From positions 6,193-70,192 of the forward strand of contig JAJRTH010000092.1 in assembly GCA_024278375.1 (NCBI GenBank): a DNA stretch of 64,000 bases, given 5' to 3'. The stretch's first letter is position 1. Every line of letters begins with the position of its first letter. Under the pieces are notes generated by a model, which saw nothing but the letters and a program-made list of their open reading frames with translations, ran no database searches and was not told the origin of the DNA. This document shows, in pieces, positions 62,701-64,000 of this stretch. Origin of the DNA: an archaeon (GTDB taxonomy: Archaea; Thermoplasmatota; Thermoplasmata; WALJ01). The position numbers and the translations under genes were made by a program.

Positions 62701-64000
62701 TTATATTTTTCCAGTAATACACTGGTTTGCCATTCACCGTATTGCTAATTCCGATTTGATGCCTATTCCATTGTTCTAATCTATTGCCCCATATCAGAAT
62801 TCCATTATTGATTAGATCATTCCCTACTAGATTATCATTTTTGGAGTATCCAAGGAGGACTCCCCCATATGGATTTCCGGAGACAACATTGTAGATAACC
62901 TCACTATTGTTTGAATATCTCAGATATATACCATATCTCCAATTAGCGGAGACCATGTTTCTAGAGATATTTAAAGAATTACTGTCTTCCAAATATAATC
63001 CATCTAGGCCATTACTTATGAGACTGTTATTTTCAAATAGCGCCCGATTAGAATATATCGTAGAAATGCCGTGATAGTTTACATTGTATGAGACATTACA
63101 TCCCACTACTGCCACATTGGTCGTATTGTTGAGATATAATCCGTTGTTGTTATTGTACTGGGCCATACAGTTCCTTATGGATATGTTACTGGAATCCCAC
63201 ACCCCCATTCCATGATATTGGAGCGTATTTGTGGCACTCGAATTTCTGATAGCGATATATTCGCTTCCTTCTGAGATCGCTATCCCTGTCAGGTTCGAGT
63301 ACATAACCGTTGCGTTTTCTATTGTGCCATAGCTGAAGTTCCACATACCGATTCCATATGCGGTGTTGTTATATCCGATGAAATCAGTAATATCGGTATG
63401 GGTCGAATTCACGATTGCCAGACCGTAGGCATTGAAAGAGGAGTTCAGGTCAGAAATGCTTATGTTATTGGAATTGTCATCTATATAGGTCCCAACATAG
63501 CAGTTCCTGTTGCTTGTACCAGAGACGTTTGAAAAGCTGCTCTGAAAGATATATACTCCAATCCCATTCGATGCGGAATCATATATCGTGGCATTTTCAA
63601 CTCGTATCCCGGAAGAGTAGCCTATGAGTATCCCACAGCTGGAATTGTATACTGTGTTATTTGTCATCTGACTGCCATAGTCGTAGTATGATGCGAGACC
63701 GTAGGTGGTATTATATATTGTGTTGCCCCTAATAACATTTGCTTTACCGGACATCGGCGAGAGGTATGCAAGAATTCCTATGTCGGAATAGGAAACTATG
63801 TTGTCAACTGCCGTATTATTGCTGGACCCTTGGAAGAAGATACCCCGGGTTGTGTTGTGTATATAGCAGTTTGAAACAGTATTATTAGATGAAAATACGT
63901 ATATCGCATTATCGCCGTAACTTATCTCGGCATATAAAATATCTGCATGACCAGTTGCGTTGATATGTATAGAGTTCCAATCTGCCACGGATGGAAAGCT
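59774..64000 (-). CDS. giant cell-surface protein, partial (N-terminus outside the window): PbH1 beta-helix repeats + Ig-like domains + CarboxypepD_reg-like domain + C-terminal TM anchor
   Basis: ORF open to the window edge. Many NxxIxxN beta-helix repeats. Several Ig-like SbsA-type segments (TPPSVTSTTPADGSTGVP, TPPTVVSHFPTGTGVP, APTVTEHSPTGSDVP). GRVVDENGNPISGVTV. TM helix LYLILIIIIVLGVILAIA with an acidic tail. Confidence 0.75.
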   Translation of the reverse strand, partial: SFPSVADWNSIHINATGHADILYAEISYGDNAIYVFSSNNTVSNCYIHNTTRGIFFQGSSNNTAVDNIVSYSDIGILAYLSPMSGKANVIRGNTIYNTTYGLASYYDYGSQMTNNTVYNSSCGILIGYSSGIRVENATIYDSASNGIGVYIFQSSFSNVSGTSNRNCYVGTYIDDNSNNISISDLNSSFNAYGLAIVNSTHTDITDFIGYNNTAYGIGMWNFSYGTIENATVMYSNLTGIAISEGSEYIAIRNSSATNTLQYHGMGVWDSSNISIRNCMAQYNNNNGLYLNNTTNVAVVGCNVSYNVNYHGISTIYSNRALFENNSLISNGLDGLYLEDSNSLNISRNMVSANWRYGIYLRYSNNSEVIYNVVSGNPYGGVLLGYSKNDNLVGNDLINNGILIWGNRLEQWNRHQIGISNTVNGKPVYYWKNITGSVVPSGAGEIILANCTYITIREQNVSDGTVGIEIGFSTNNTISYNNATKNNRGIYIYSSSNNNISGNLLDSNLWHGILFHSSSNNTFTNNTIANNDKGIYLYQFSNDNKIVLNNISKNNYGVFSLSSNSNIIYNNNFIDNAIQAYDDTGSNLWNTSYPTGGNYWSDYNGADNYSGPGQNLTGSDGIGDTPYTNISGTSGAIDYYPLMAPITTDAGNDTTPPSVTSTTPADGSTGVPINQNVVVVFSESMDTSVTPTLTQTSGTTVTYTFAGWSTTNVANDTATWTHDSWAYNETIGITIEGGEDLAGNVQTACSWSFTTEPDTTPPTVVSHFPTGTGVPVNTVIATTFNESMNTSSVENAFSITPSLSGSFSWNSANTTMTFTPASNLSYNTTYTIVINASIAADVNGNTLDGNGNGTAEGSPTDDYSWSFTTEPQDTVAPTSSVSAITPYWHNSNIDLSLSATDDQDLSSITLYYRLSSDNSTWSSWTQFGSPISISGTSWSGTITLTFPEGDGYYELHTIAADAAGNSESKTSADAICAYDSTAPNINITSPSENSLFDLNTVTVIWAGNDSLSGIGHYEISIDSGAWIDIGTDTQHEFADLSDGEHTVEVKAIDTAGNENTASVNFTIDTTAPEITITAPSEGSLHTADTQVTWHGTDDTSGIDHYEIMIDSGTWMDVGTNTTYHLDNLTDGTHTVYVKAIDNAGNEGMANVTFDVDATAPTVTEHSPTGSDVPVDSVIAVTFSETMDQSSVRISINGLEGELIWLHNTISFVPSENMSYATEYTVHVTGSDRAGNAMDEYTWSFTTTDIGTITGRVVDENGNPISGVTVTLDTGETTTTDENGEFSIQVHAGNHTITISKDGYEVQTASASVSPGDSTNIPQIELPKTKAPSEGIPWLYLILIIIIVLGVILAIAMKKKIRAVEQEGTAGAPLEETAPEEFRERYDEDMESAISEENVVDGEPLDQEMP

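Overview
This is an archaeal (euryarchaeote-type) chromosomal segment of roughly 65 genes. I read it as archaeal from the gene content: RFC small subunit, aEF-1beta, aCPSF1, proteasome beta, Sm-like protein, rpoE'-spt4-DPCK-S24e-S27ae cluster, TATA/leaderless starts, and ATA/AGR-rich codon usage. Housekeeping genes are interleaved with four less ordinary blocks.

1. A 9-gene minus-strand operon (34.7-43.6 kb) joins HdrA-MvhDGA, a maturation protease and HdrCB to an SdhB/SdhA-like Fe-S/flavoprotein pair.
2. A co-directional, translationally coupled cell-surface locus (47.3-55.0 kb) encodes secreted and anchored proteins that share an unassigned beta-rich module. One of them is an FG-GAP (integrin-like) giant.
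3. Two tandem beta-helix surface-protein paralogs with PEF-CTERM-like tails (14.4-18.2 kb) are both broken at the same (TA)n tract, with different repeat numbers. This is a candidate phase-variation site.
4. A divergent AAA-ATPase / PLD-nuclease pair sits around a repeat-rich control region (27.8-30.2 kb).

The window also contains one tRNA-Arg(UCG) next to a low-GC, gene-poor island, a PGF-CTERM protein, a KaiC-like module, and the C-terminal ~1400 aa of a giant adhesin-like protein. I saw no rRNA, CRISPR array, transposase or integrase.

A recurring theme is otherwise intact genes interrupted by a single in-frame stop (TAA, TAG and TGA all occur) or by frameshifts in simple-sequence runs. 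From sequence alone I cannot tell whether these are sequencing errors, real pseudogenes or recoding.

All protein-family calls come from motif recognition by eye, not from database searches. One coordinate caveat applies: the printed text near the 3' end appears to be one base shorter than the ORF track implies, so the last gene uses ORF-track coordinates.
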